Shown here: positions 12,800-24,362 of the stretch, piece after piece
Layout of the letters: every line of letters starts with the position of its first letter
How positions within the stretch are numbered: position 1 is the first letter of the stretch
Assembly: GCA_030390025.1 (NCBI GenBank)
Contig: CM059432.1
Coordinates: 141,114,001-141,178,000 of the forward strand
Direction of reading: 5' to 3'
From: Squalus acanthias
Taxonomy: Eukaryota
Length of the DNA: 64,000 nucleotides
Position numbers and translations under genes: made by a program
Notes under the pieces: generated by a model
The model's input: only the letters and a program-made list of their open reading frames with translations
The model's database searches: none
Told to the model about the DNA's origin: nothing

Positions 12800-14325
12800 A
12801 ATGAGTTTATTTTCTGTGTTGTAATTCTATCTGGTAGGTACATGTAATGAGAGGAATACTTTCAGTAAGGTAATGTACTAATTCAAACAACTACTTGCAT
12901 GAAATTGCAAAAACTAGGTAGTTTGCATTTAGGGATCTTGGCTTTGCTTAGTTTGTGCTTCAAACAACAGCAATCTCTTTGATAAAAGTTCAATGTTAAT
13001 TTTTAAATTATTAGCTGATCCCTGTAATGTTGCTCACAGGTGATGTAGCACATGATTGTGATGCTTAATGTGGTCTTATTCTGAGTCCAGGCAGGAACCA
13101 GAGCATAGCAAAGGGAAGGCTGGGGAGTAGAGCACGGGTGGGTGGGAGCAAAGTGGAGGAGGGGGAGATGGAGGAGGGGGGAGGGTGGGGGAGGAGAAGG
13201 CAAGGAAGTGTACAGAATTTGAAAATGTAAACTGCTGGACCTCAAGGGAGGTAGGGGCTTACCTGTTTAGCAGAGGGAGTGTGGCAAATGATAGATTGCA
13301 GCTCTTCTGAAATTCTTCTTCCTATATCTGATTTACAACCTGAAGGCTTAATCCATTGTTTATCCATTTAGATGGCATAGCTCTGTACTTTTTCTCAAGT
13401 TAAAATTACCTGAAGTATCAAACTGTCGACATCTTTCGTGGTGAAACACTCTCTTCAAAGATTAGTGTTTTGCAAAATAGTCAGCTGCATCCTAGGGTTC
13501 TGGAACAACCTTTACAAAATTGTTTATTGGAGAGATTTACTATTTAGATTCATCTCTATAAATATTTTTCTGTAACTATCTGGAAGAGTTACAGAAACCT
13601 GGCCATCTGGTTCTACCCTGTGCAAAGCAGAAAATCCCATTTTTAACTAAAATGCCAAGAGGAATAAGGTTCTCGCCAAGACTCCATATGTTCAATTCAT
13701 CTCCTTATGGACATAGTTGATCTTTCCTTCCAACAGCCTTTGTAAATCCGACTGCCTTTATTTAACTTTTTAAAGGAAAATGCCTTCATTTTCTTGCATT
13801 ATTTTCAGTCATTGAATTTTCCCACCATTTAACATATTAATATTTCTTGCATGAACATTTGTGATTGATATCTGTGATGACATTTTGCTACTATTAACCG
13901 TCCAAACTAATTCAGAATAAGCTTATGATCAATAAGTCTCACCTCGGGTGCGGTTTCCACCATGTCAGCTATTTAAAAAACCTGCCAGTATATACTGGCA
14001 CCTAGACTTCCTCCTGTATCGTCTGCTGTACTAGCGCAATGTTCTCCCAATGCAGTGTTCTTCATGCACTGATTAAAGGTTTTGAAAAAATCCTTGCTTG
14101 TGCAGATGAATATGATTTATCTGCTTTAACTTGCATTTTATTTTATCATACTGGTTAGTAAAGGACACATGGGGCTCAATTTTCACCGGCCCTTGGAGGC
14201 GGGAGTGGTGTGAAAATAGCAGATTCGGGGGTCCCGAACCCATCCCGAACGGCCTACTCCTGCTCCTTTTTTTCTATGTTTCTACGTTTCTATTTCTAAA
14301 GTAAATTCAGACGTTTCACGGGTGG

Positions 14326-14328
<3 letters not shown>

Positions 14329-14374
<46 letters not shown>
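14329..14374. repeat. (AC)23 microsatellite
   Basis: Directly visible. Confidence 0.98.
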
Positions 14375-14378
<4 letters not shown>

Positions 14379-14592
14379 GATGTCATCTGTCTAGCCCTGG
14401 ACCACACAAACTGGTGAACTGTCCAGAAATTTATTCAGTGTAAACTGGACAAAAAGCCAGTTTTTTTTTTAACTAATTAATGATGCAGTCCATTCGTTAT
14501 TAATGTTTACAAAGAATTCTCAACATCAGTGAAGCAAATATCAGAAGTCAAGCTACGACGACATTCATTTCCGACATCACAACAGAGACTAT

Positions 14593-15404
14593 GGGCTCAA
14601 TTTTCACCGGCTCTTGGAGGCGGGAGTGGTGTGAAAATAGCAGATTCGGGGGTCCCTAACCCAACCCGCCTCCATGTCAGTTTCCCAGGAGGCGGGTACC
14701 CGACCTGTGCTGGGACCCGCCTCCCCGAGGCGGGAAGGGGATTAGTGCCAATAAACTGCCTGTTAACAGGTAGTTAACAGGCAGTTTTTTGCCTAATCCC
14801 TATTTTTAGCCCTGAAGTGTGGGCTTCCCGACAGGTCCGAACCACGCCGATTTAGCGAGGCGGACCGTCGGTTTGGAGGGGTCGAGATGTCCGGTGTGCA
14901 GGTGAGTGATGGGTGCATGAGTGCAGAGGTAAGTGTGTTTGGTGTGTGTAAAGTGTTTTAAGAACTTTTACTTACCTTAACTTTGTCCTGCAGGCTAGCT
15001 TCCTTAAGGTGTCGGGAGTCCCTCACATCCACGGCACAGAAAGCAGAATGGCCGCGGAGCTGTCAAAAGCTGCAGTCTCTGCTTTCTGTGCTGGATTGAT
15101 TTCTAACTGAGTCTAAGTACATGGACTCAAGTTAGAAATCATATTGTCAGTGTTTGACAGCTTCACAGAGCTGTCAAACACTGAAATTTCATCTGTCAAA
15201 AGCTCTTGACAGATGAAATTTCAATGGCTGATGTCACCTGTATCCAAGGGACCCTTGATTGGCCTGCTAAGCCCGTTGGGCGGGCTTAACAAGGTCAATC
15301 AAGGGAAAATACAGTGGGTTGGCCACAAGTCGCTGGAGGCGGGACTACAACCCAAAAAGTGGGAGTCCCGCCTCCATCACGTCCCCATTGACAAAATCCA
15401 GCCC
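14593..15404. mobile_element. Non-autonomous TIR element with internal hairpin array
   Basis: TIRs gggctcaatttt / aaaatccagccc, subterminal ggaggcggga / tcccgcctcc, CpG-rich. Confidence 0.7.
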
Positions 15405-16899
15405 ATAGGTTCATGTAGGATCCTCTTACTCTCCTTCAGTAGCGCACAAAAATAAGGGAAACCAAGTAACTCTCAAAGCAACATGCTTTGTGTGGCACTA
15501 CATGAAATAAGGGACACTTACCCGACCTTCAGAGTCTCAGGGCAGCAGAAAGCCAGCTGCAGAGAAGTGCCATCAACTGTAGGCGCATCAACTGCTAACC
15601 TGCACAGCCAGTGACACTTGTGGTCAGCTGTGGTCTCAACCCTGCCGCACCTCTTACAAAGCATTCTGTAGACTTACCGGGATGGTGCCATAGATTGGCA
15701 CAGAGGTGTGACTCTGTTTGCAACCACCTCGTGTAGCAACACCTTTGCTTCAGGCAGGGTCGGGCACTAGGCTGCTCAGTCACTTGTCTACAGACCCATT
15801 CCTGCACGTTGGGGTTCGTTTTTGTCTGTGGCTTCTTCCCTACCTCTTCAGCCTTGGTAAAGGTTGTTAATAAGTTGAGATGTAACTTGAGCTTTTCTAA
15901 AGGCTTTCAGAATTTTTGTCCCCTATTCTCACATTCCCCTTTAATTGTGCCCTTGCCTTTAAATTTCACCTGCGTGTAAATTTCAGCTCCCACCACCCAC
16001 CCAAATTACACCTGAATCTGCAAATAATTACACAAATGGTTGACCCAGGAAATTTGGAAGTTATTAGCATTTTACAATTCTAGTCAGTTTAGCCCCAGTT
16101 CTTAATCCTTCAATTTAACTAGTACAAGTAGATGAAAATCTCCACAGAGGCTACAACTGATAACTAACTAATTGTGCTGGTAACTTAAGTGATATTTTAA
16201 AAAAGTTACTATTCTTATTCCCTCGTGTTTGATGTTGCTGTACTGGATCCAGTGTTTGCCTGTCTTCTGTAATGTGATATTATGAGCACCCATTAAATTG
16301 TGAGGTTAACTGCTCAAGGGAAAGGAAAAGATTGTGAATAAGAAGGTAATGTAGGCCAGTAAAATGTAACACGATGCTTATTGTGTGGAGCTGCTTTTTA
16401 AAGTGACATGTACATTAGCAGCTTTGCCTTCCTCCTGCTAAAATTGGCCTGTTTTATTTTCATGAAGCAGGCTCAGAGAAGGAAGGATTGAAGTCACAAC
16501 CAAAAATAATGTCCACCACAAGCCCAACTGCCTCTGCATGCACTGCAGTTCAAGTACAGTCCGTACCGCTCATAGCGGGCATGTTCGTGAGAGTTTTGGT
16601 TTTATGTAATTGTGTCACTTACAGTGACGAATGGGAGCTAATGTTGTGTTCATTTGACTCCTATTTGCAACCATAAATTAGGTGCTTGCCGCTTCCTACC
16701 AGCCCTTTCAATTCAAAGAAAAATAGAAAATTACTTGAGGTGCCTTAAGAAATGAGGTTTTAATTTAATATCCGTGCAGTTGTATTGTATATTCTTCTTA
16801 ACTTGGAATCGACATACCAAAAAGCAAACATTTGCCCAAAATGTTTGGTAAATCTTAAATGCAGTGTCATTTTTCTCCATTGCTTTTCTATTTCATAAG

Positions 16900-17021
16900 G
16901 TGATTCCAGATGAAATTCTTAAGAACTTGGTAGAAGAGCTTCCACAGCCACGGCATGTACCCAGAAGGTTGAATGAGTACACACAAGAGGAGATTAATGC
17001 TTTCCCAAGGCTATGGACACC
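16900..17021 (+). CDS. MRPL13: MRPL13 penultimate coding exon
   Basis: Polypyrimidine tract plus ataag acceptor, GTAAGT donor, 122 bp. Translates [40 protein letters not shown](P). Confidence 0.96.
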
Positions 17022-17137
17022 GTAAGTAGAACATACCCTTCAGTTGATGGGCCGAATTTATCAATATACGAAACAGCATGGCGAGCTGCTTTTAAAATAT
17101 TTTCTTTTAAGACTTTATATTGGATTAGCTTCAGAAC

Positions 17138-17175
17138 AATAAAATTCTCCACTAAGTAATGAGGTGTGTGTTTCC
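17138..17175 (+). terminator. Candidate intronic poly(A) site
   Basis: AATAAA at 17138-17143 followed by GU-rich gaggtgtgtgtttcc at 17161-17175, downstream of an in-frame TAA inside the splice donor. Confidence 0.4.
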
Positions 17176-17664
17176 AAACACTAACTTCAATATAGCAGTG
17201 GTTGTTGCTTTGTTTATTTTTCTATTTTTACTGAATGGTAAAAACTGATGATTTACTGCTGCTCTCTTAATCAGCTTTTCCACTGGAGATAAATTGCATT
17301 CGACAACTGTGTTCCTGATAAAACTTTTAATTCTCATTGTCTCTAAAGTTCACAGGGGTTCTAATATAGAATTGGAAATTGTGTGAATTTCGCTTTTGCG
17401 AGTGCAGAAAAGTCCTTTTCACACTGAGCACAGCAGAGGAAACATCTGGAAGTGAATGGACCGTGAATTATAGGTCCAGACAATGAAGATGTACAGAATA
17501 TACCATTTCTCTCCCTGGAGACCCATCTGTTTGTGGTCCGGGACATAAAGCTCTTACAAAGTATTTATTAGTAGCTGGAAAATCATTGCTCAAAGATTTA
17601 TTTTTAAAATATTTTTGCCAGAGGACGAAGAGAAGAAAAAAAATTAGCTGTAACTGTTGGAATG

Positions 17665-17982
17665 ATCTCGCGCTCTCTCTCTCTCTTCCCATCTTTCTCT
17701 CACTCGCTCTCCCGTTCTCCTCCCTCTGTCCCTCGTTCTCCCCCTCCATCCCTCGTTCTCCCTCTCCGCCACTTGAGTGCTCGCTCGCTTGCTCTCGGTT
17801 GCGCCCCCCCCTTCCCGGATGTCTCTTGCTCGGTTGCGCACGCACGCTCCCCTCCCCCCCCCCCCCCCCCCCCCCGTTGGCTGTCTCGCACGCGCGAGCG
17901 CCCCTCCCCCAGCTGTCTCGCGCGCGCGCCAACTGGCCCTCGCGCGCGCCCCAGCCCTCGCTCGCACCCCCCTCGCACCTTC
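17665..17982. repeat. C/CT/CG-rich low-complexity tract with poly-C run
   Basis: (CT)n, a ~20-nt C run and (CG)n stretches. Explains the cluster of spurious ORFs here. Confidence 0.9.
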
Positions 17983-17984
17983 TG

Positions 17985-18358
17985 TGTCAGCTATGGCCCA
18001 ATTGTTAGCACACTCGCTTCTGCGTCAGAAGGTTGTGGGTTCAAGTCCCACTCCAGGGGCTTGAAAAAACAAAGCTAGGCTGACACTCCAGTGCAGTACT
18101 GAGGGAGTGCTGCACTGTCAGAGGTGCCGTCTTTCGGATGAGATGTTAAACCGAGGCCCCGTCTGCTCTCTCAGGTGGACGTAAAAGATTCCATGGCACT
18201 ATTTCGAAGAAGAGCAGGGGAGTTCTCCCCGGTGTCCTGGCCAATATTTATCCCTCAACCAACATAACAAAAACAGATTATCTGGTCACTATCACATTGC
18301 TGTTTGTGGGACCTTGCTGTGCGCAAATTGGCTGCTGCATTTCCCAAGTCTTTCTTTC
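17985..18358 (+). mobile_element. Deu-domain tRNA-derived SINE
   Basis: B box ggttcaagtccc, Deu core, shortened 3' part ending caagtctttctttc. Confidence 0.9.
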
Positions 18359-18729
18359 TCGCTGTCTCTCGCTTGCTCTCCCCGTCTCTCTCTCTCTCCC
18401 CCTTCCCTGAGCCCCAACACTGACAAAATAAAGCCAAGAGTACATTTAGAAACGTGCTGCTCATGCATGCTTTAGAACCTTGGCCTCACATCAGTTTCTA
18501 GAATTTGCAGGTTTTTTAAACATTAGACTGACATCATAGCTTCTTACACTGGAGACAGAAACCTGTGCAACCACATTTGTTTTGAGTTGTGGGGTGGTGG
18601 AGGAGTGAGGAAGAGAAGTAGTTGGATTTCATGGGTTGCTTTGTTTTTTTTTTACATTTATTATCTGATTACTTTTCGGGGTTTAGAATGGAGTGGGTGA
18701 GGAACTATCATGGCAACTATATACAACAA

Positions 18730-19290
18730 GAACCTATTAACAGCAGTCAGCAAGGAGGAAAAGATCCTGCTTGATCAGCCTCCTCAACTTCTTTGAGGAA
18801 ATGACAAACCAAGTAGACGGTGTTAAGCCCTAAGATCTGGTGTACCTCGACTTCCAAAAGGCTTTTGGTAAAGTCCCACGTGAAAGGCTATTAATTAAAT
18901 TCGAAGATGTGGGGATTCGGAGTAAACCCTCAAAATGAATAAGAAATTGTCTGAAAGGTTGGAAAACTTGGGTTTTCTGGCCTAGAAAGAAGGGATCCAA
19001 GAGGTGTTTCTATAGAGGTATAAAATTGTTAGGGCTGTAGAAAAAGTAAACCGGAATATTACTTTAAATTAAACTGCGGAAATAGAACTCGCGGACACAG
19101 GCTCAAACCAGTAAACGGTAATTTTAGGACGTATCTGGAAATTCGTCTTCACCCAAAGAGCGACCAATGTCCAGATAGGTTCCTGGAGGCAAAAATCCTA
19201 ACATTATTTAAGAAATAATTGGATGCTACTCTGGGGGGGAAATTAGGATCTCGGAATTGATTAATTCAAAAGGGCCAAATGACGTCCTTT
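18730..19290 (+). mobile_element. Degraded CR1 ORF2 fragments
   Basis: gatctggtgtacctcgacttccaaaaggcttttggtaaagtcccac reads DLVYLDFQKAFGKVP. aactcgcggacacagg reads TRGHR. Confidence 0.8.
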
Positions 19291-20775
19291 ATACATACTT
19301 TTCTGTAATTTGCTGTATATACCTTTTATTCGGTTAATTAGCCAATTTTAGCCATGCTCACTTAAAAGGTCAATAATCAGCGAGGAAATTGTAAAGAAGT
19401 AGTGAAATTTCATCTCAAGATGCCTGAGCAGCTCTGTCGGTTGTTTCAATAATAGCTCTTGGAAGTCAGGGGCATTTGGGCAATTTTTAGATTCTATGAT
19501 CTGCAGCAGAATTATTTCTCGTTTGCCTTTATTGTTCAGAAACACATTGTTAACTTTCTTCTTATTCTTTCAAGCATTGTAAAGCAGTGGAATGTACATT
19601 ATGGGTAGAGAGCGGGCAATGGAATTAGGTTTAGATTGCACAGACGCAATGAGCCGAATGGCTGCCTCCTGTACTATAAGCTTGTATGGTTCTATATTTC
19701 ATTTATTTTGTAAGTTATATAATGCCGCAGTCTTTTCTTTTGAGTGTAATCACTGGGTAGTGTGCTTGGCTGTACAGCAATTGCAAAATCCAGGAGGATT
19801 CCTGTCAAAATCTGAATTTATGAAAATGGCTAATTCTGTTGTCTTTTCAATTTGTGTTCTTACTGTTGAACTCCCAAAATATTAGAAAGGAACCAGCTGT
19901 TCAGTAGCAGAGCATAAAGCTGACTGTTCAAGTGCAATGCAATGAAATCTCATTCAGAACTGTAGGGTGGTATCTTGTCTAAAACCCACAATTTTCTAAG
20001 AACTCTATTGTCCACACACTGTAGAATTAAAAGTAAAAAAGTAAACACAAGTTTTGTCAGATTAGAGGTTGCATTGTGCTGTCCAGATGTTTGATTAGAG
20101 TATTCATTATTTGTCAGCATAGAGCTATTCCCACAGTCTTTGAATTGTTCAGAAAGCCTGTATGCGTTTCACCTGGACAAAAACCACTCTTGAGCTTCTA
20201 TTGTCACTATATTTCCAGCTTTGAGACACACATTTTTGAAAGAAATTGCACCCCTTTTGATGTATCTTGCCTAAACAATGAACAGCTGCTGTAATGAAAT
20301 TAGATTGCAGCAACTGCTCCTCCTCGCCCCAATGATTGCTGACATTGTCAATAGCTTTCTTTTCTGAGGCTCTGTCCTCAGTCCCCCTCAAACCTGCTGT
20401 CAACATTCCTTCCTCGAAAAACTACCCTCGATCTCTCTACCACCTATCTCGAACCTCGCTATCCTCTTTGAAGCCCTTGAGCATGTCATTGCCACTCAGC
20501 TCTGTGCTCATCATCCCCACTTTCACAAAGTTTCTGCCGTGCCCTGCCCATAGCACTAAGACTACCCTGATCAAAGTCACCAGAGATGTCCTTTGTGACT
20601 ACTCGTTCTCCTTAAGTATGCTGACAGCACTCCTACAAATCTCAGCCTCCTTCAGCCCTGCGCTGCTGTACGTACCCTTCACTCTTCCAATACTGGCTTC
20701 CTTTGTATCCTCATGCCTTCAGCCATCTCAATCCCTAAATTAATCTACCTCACTGTATCTCTACCCTCCTTCAAA

Positions 20776-21234
20776 GTGTCAGCCGTGGCTCAGTAACACT
20801 CTCGCTTCTGAGTCAGAAGTTTGTGGGTTCAGGTCCCACTCCAGAGACTTGAGCACAAAATCCAGGCTGACACTCCCACTGCAGTGCTGAGGGAATGCTG
20901 CACTGTCGGAGGTGCCGTCTTTTGGATGAGATGATAAACTGAGGCCCTGTCTGCCCCCTCAGGTGAACGTAAAATATCCCATGGCTCAATTTCGAAGAAG
21001 AAATGGGGAGATCTCCCCGGTGTCCTGGCCAATATTTATCCCTCAATCAACATCACTAAAACAGATTATTTGGTCATTATCACATTGCTGTTTGTGGGAG
21101 CTTGCTGTGCACAAATTGGCTGCTGCATTTCTGACATTACAACATTAACTACATTTCAAAAGTATTTCATTGGCTGAAAAGCGCTTTGGGACATCCTGAG
21201 GTCGTGAAAGATGCTATAGAAATGCAAGTCTTTC
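20776..21234 (+). mobile_element. Deu-domain tRNA-derived SINE, near full length
   Basis: gtgtcagccgtggctcagt head, B box, Deu core, tail atgctatagaaatgcaagtctttc. Confidence 0.92.
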
Positions 21235-21568
21235 AAGTCTTTTTTTTCAAGTCTCCTAAAAACCACCTTCTTTTGCTCACAGCCACCAATGCCCTCCATG
21301 GGGAATTCCTTCTTTCTGTCAACCTTTCTAGCCATCTTCACTATTTTGATTCACATAACTGAAAACAACTTGCAGACCACATACATCCTTCTCCCACCAT
21401 TGCTCAGCAGTCAGGTGTTTTCACCTATGAGGAGTACTTTGGGGCAATCTGTTGCGTCAAATTGTCACACAATTGTCAGGTGCTTTCACTTTCACTGAGT
21501 GAATTCTGGGTTCCTTGTCCTTTACTAATCAGACCTGCTTTGTGTGCTCCCAACAAAGGAAAGATTTT

Positions 21569-22023
21569 ACAAAAGCAAAATACTGCGAATGCTGGAGATC
21601 TGAAGCTCGAGGAACAGCGCCCCACAGCCTTCCGGACTCAACATTGAGTTCAACAATTTCACATCATAACCTTTGCCCCACCTTTTTTCGGATGGCAACT
21701 GTTGATGATTCTGCTATTCCCATTTACACCTCCTCTGGAGCCAGCTTTTGTCTCTTTTACTTGTCCCATTACCATCTCCTTTTGCCTTGCACCACCATCC
21801 CTTTTGTCATTTAATCTCTCTGCCTTCCACCCTGTCACAGACCTTCCCTTTTGTTCTTTCCTCCCCTCGCCCCTTTCCCTGCCTTTGTACTTGCTTAAAA
21901 CCTGTTACATCTCTAACTTTTTCCAGTTCTGACGAAGGGTCATCGACCTGAAACGTTAACTCTGTTTCTCTCTCCACAGCTGCTGCCTGACCTGCTGAGT
22001 ATTCCAGCATTTTTAATTTTATT
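21569..22023 (+). mobile_element. Penelope-like element 3' remnant with hammerhead motif and 14-bp flanking direct repeats
   Basis: LEEQR and QPSGLNIEFNNF* resemble the C-terminus of the Penelope GIY-YIG domain. Pyrimidine-rich UTR, hammerhead core at 21925-21961, aaaggaaagatttt at both 21555 and 22024. Confidence 0.8.
21925..21961 (+). ncRNA. Minimal type I hammerhead ribozyme motif (family A)
   Basis: AGUU-CUGACGA-A-GGGUC-auc-GACCU-GAAAC-GUU-AACU: stem I, conserved core, stem II, palindromic stem III (AACGUU). Confidence 0.75.
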
Positions 22024-22303
22024 AAAGGAAAGATTTTGATTTTTTTTTGCTGGTTTTATTATTTCAAAATTGGTTTTCATCAGACTCCCAAAATTGCTCT
22101 AGCCGTCTTGGGGGTGATCTTAACTTTTGCCGACAGAGTAAACAAGGGGATTTCAGATCTGCCGCCTGTTGTACATGTTTCCCCATTTTAATTTGAAATG
22201 AAAATCGGGAGAGGTGTACAACAGGCAGCCAATCATCAAGTTTGCTGATTTGTTAGTACCGCCCTACTGTTGCCAGGCGGCCAAAAACACTGCCCAAGGC
22301 ATT

Positions 22304-24362
22304 CATAGAAGATAGGAGCAGGAGTAGGCCATTCGGCCCCTCTAGCCTGCTCCGCCATTCAATGTGACCATGGCTGATCATCCAAATTCAGAACCCTGTC
22401 CCTGCTTTCTCCCAATATCCCTTGATCCCTTTAGCCTTAAGAAATATATCCAACTCCTTCTTGAATCTATTTAATGAATTGGCCTCTACTGCCTTCTGTG
22501 GCAGAGAATTCCACAGGTTCACCACTCTCTGGGTGAAGAAATTCCTCCTCATCTCAGTCCTAAATGGCTTACCCCTTATCCTTAGACTGTGACCCCTGGT
22601 TCTGGACTCCCCGACCATCGGGGACATCCTTCCTGCATCTAGTTTGTCCTGTCCTGTCAGAATTTTATAAGTTTCAATGAGATCCCCTCTCATTCTTCTA
22701 AACTCCAGCGAGTATAAGCCCAATCGACCCAATCTCTCTTCATACGTCATTCCTGCCATCCCAGGTATCAGCCTTGTGAATCTTCGCTGAACTCCTTCCA
22801 TCGCAAGAACATCCTTCCTCAGATAAGGCGACCAAAACTGCACACAGTACTCAAGGTGTGGTCTCACCAAGGCCCTGTACAACTGCAGCAAGACATCCTT
22901 GTTCCTGTACTCAAACCCTCTCGCTATGAAGGCCAACATACCATTTGCCTTCTTAACCGCCTGCTGCACCTGCATGCTTACCTTCAGCGACTGGTGCACA
23001 AGGACACCCAGGTCTCGTTGCACTTCCCCTTCTCCCAATCTATTGCCATTCAGATAATAATCTGCATTTATCCACGTTATATTGCATCTGCCACGCTTCT
23101 GCCCAATCACCCAACCTGTCCAAATCATCCTGGAGTTTCTCGGCATCCTCCTCGCAGCACACACGCCCACCCAGTTTTGTGTCGTCTGCAAACTTGGAGA
23201 TATTACATCTAGTTCCCTTGTCTAGATCATTAATATATATTGTGAATAGCTGGGGTCCAAGGACTGATCCCTGCGGTACCCCACTAGTCACTGCCTGCCA
23301 CTCGGAAAAAGACCCGTTTATTGCAACTCTTTGCTTTCTGTCTGCCAACCAGTTCTCTATCCAAGTCAATACCATGCCCCCAATCCCATGTGCCTTAACT
23401 TTACACGCTAATCTCTTATGCGGGACCTTATCAAAAGCCTTTTGGAAGTCCAAATACACCACATCCACTGGTTCTCCCTTATCTATTTTACCAGTTACAT
23501 CCTCAAAAAATTCCAGTAGATTAGTCAAGCATGATTTACCTTTTGTAAATCCATGTTGACTTTGTCCGATCCTGTCACTGTTTTCCAAGTGCTCAGCTAT
23601 TACATCTTTTATAATGGACTCTAGCATTTTCCCCACTACCGATGTCGGGCTTACCGGTCTGTAATTCCCCGTTTTCTCTCTAGCACCCTTTTTGAATAGT
23701 GGGGTAACATTAGCTACCCTCCAATCCATGGGTACTGTTCCAGATTCCATCGAATGTTGGAAGATGATCAGCAATGCATCTACTATTTCTAGGGCCACTT
23801 CCTTAAGTACCCTAGGATGTAGATTATCAGGCCCTGGGGATTTATCGGCCTTCAATCCCTTCAATTTCCCTAACACCATTTCCCTACAAATACTGATTTC
23901 TTTCAGTTCCTCCCTTTCATCAGACCCTATGTTCCCCAACATCTCTGGGAGGTTATTTGTGTCCTCCTTTGTGAAGACAGAACCAAAATATGTATTTAAT
24001 TGGTCTGACATTTCTTTGTTCCCCATTATAAGTTCCCCTGATTCTGACTGCAAGGGACCTATGCTTGATTTCACTAATCTTTTTCTCTTCACATATCTAT
24101 AAAAGCTTTTACAGTCAGTTTTTATGTTCCCTGCAAGCTTACTCTCTTATTCTATTTTCCCCTTCTTAATTAATCCCTTTGTCCTCCTTTGTTGAATCTT
24201 AAACTGCTCCCAATCCTCAGGGTTACTGCTTTTTCTGGCCAATTTATATGTCCTCTCCTTGGATCTTATGCTATCCCTAATTTCCCTTGTTAGCCACGGT
24301 TGAGTCACCCTTTTTGTTTTATTTTTATGCCAAACTGGGATGAACAAATTCTGTAGTTCGTC
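22304..24362 (-). mobile_element. 5'-truncated CR1 LINE with reverse transcriptase (ORF2 broken near 23060)
   Basis: ORFs 23040-24092 and 22388-23191 contain KSPGPD, NYRPVS, YLDFQKAFDKV, GVPQGSVLGP, FADDTKL and LVRPHLEYCVQFWSP. CR1 3' tail at 22304-22390. Confidence 0.97.

Noticed and set aside
17468..18078. Cluster of Pro/Gly/Arg-rich ORFs on both strands
   Set aside because: Produced by low-complexity C/CT/CG sequence. No splice or homology support.
22164..22226. Pre-miRNA-like hairpin gcctgttgtaca/tgtacaacaggc (similar short hairpins at 45002-45048, 60112-60145 and 63064-63094)
   Set aside because: Short or imperfect stems, best explained as decayed MITE palindromes or chance. No miRNA recognised.
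22388..24092. Host reverse-transcriptase gene
   Set aside because: 5'-truncated CR1 ORF2 with a frame-breaking deletion near 23060.
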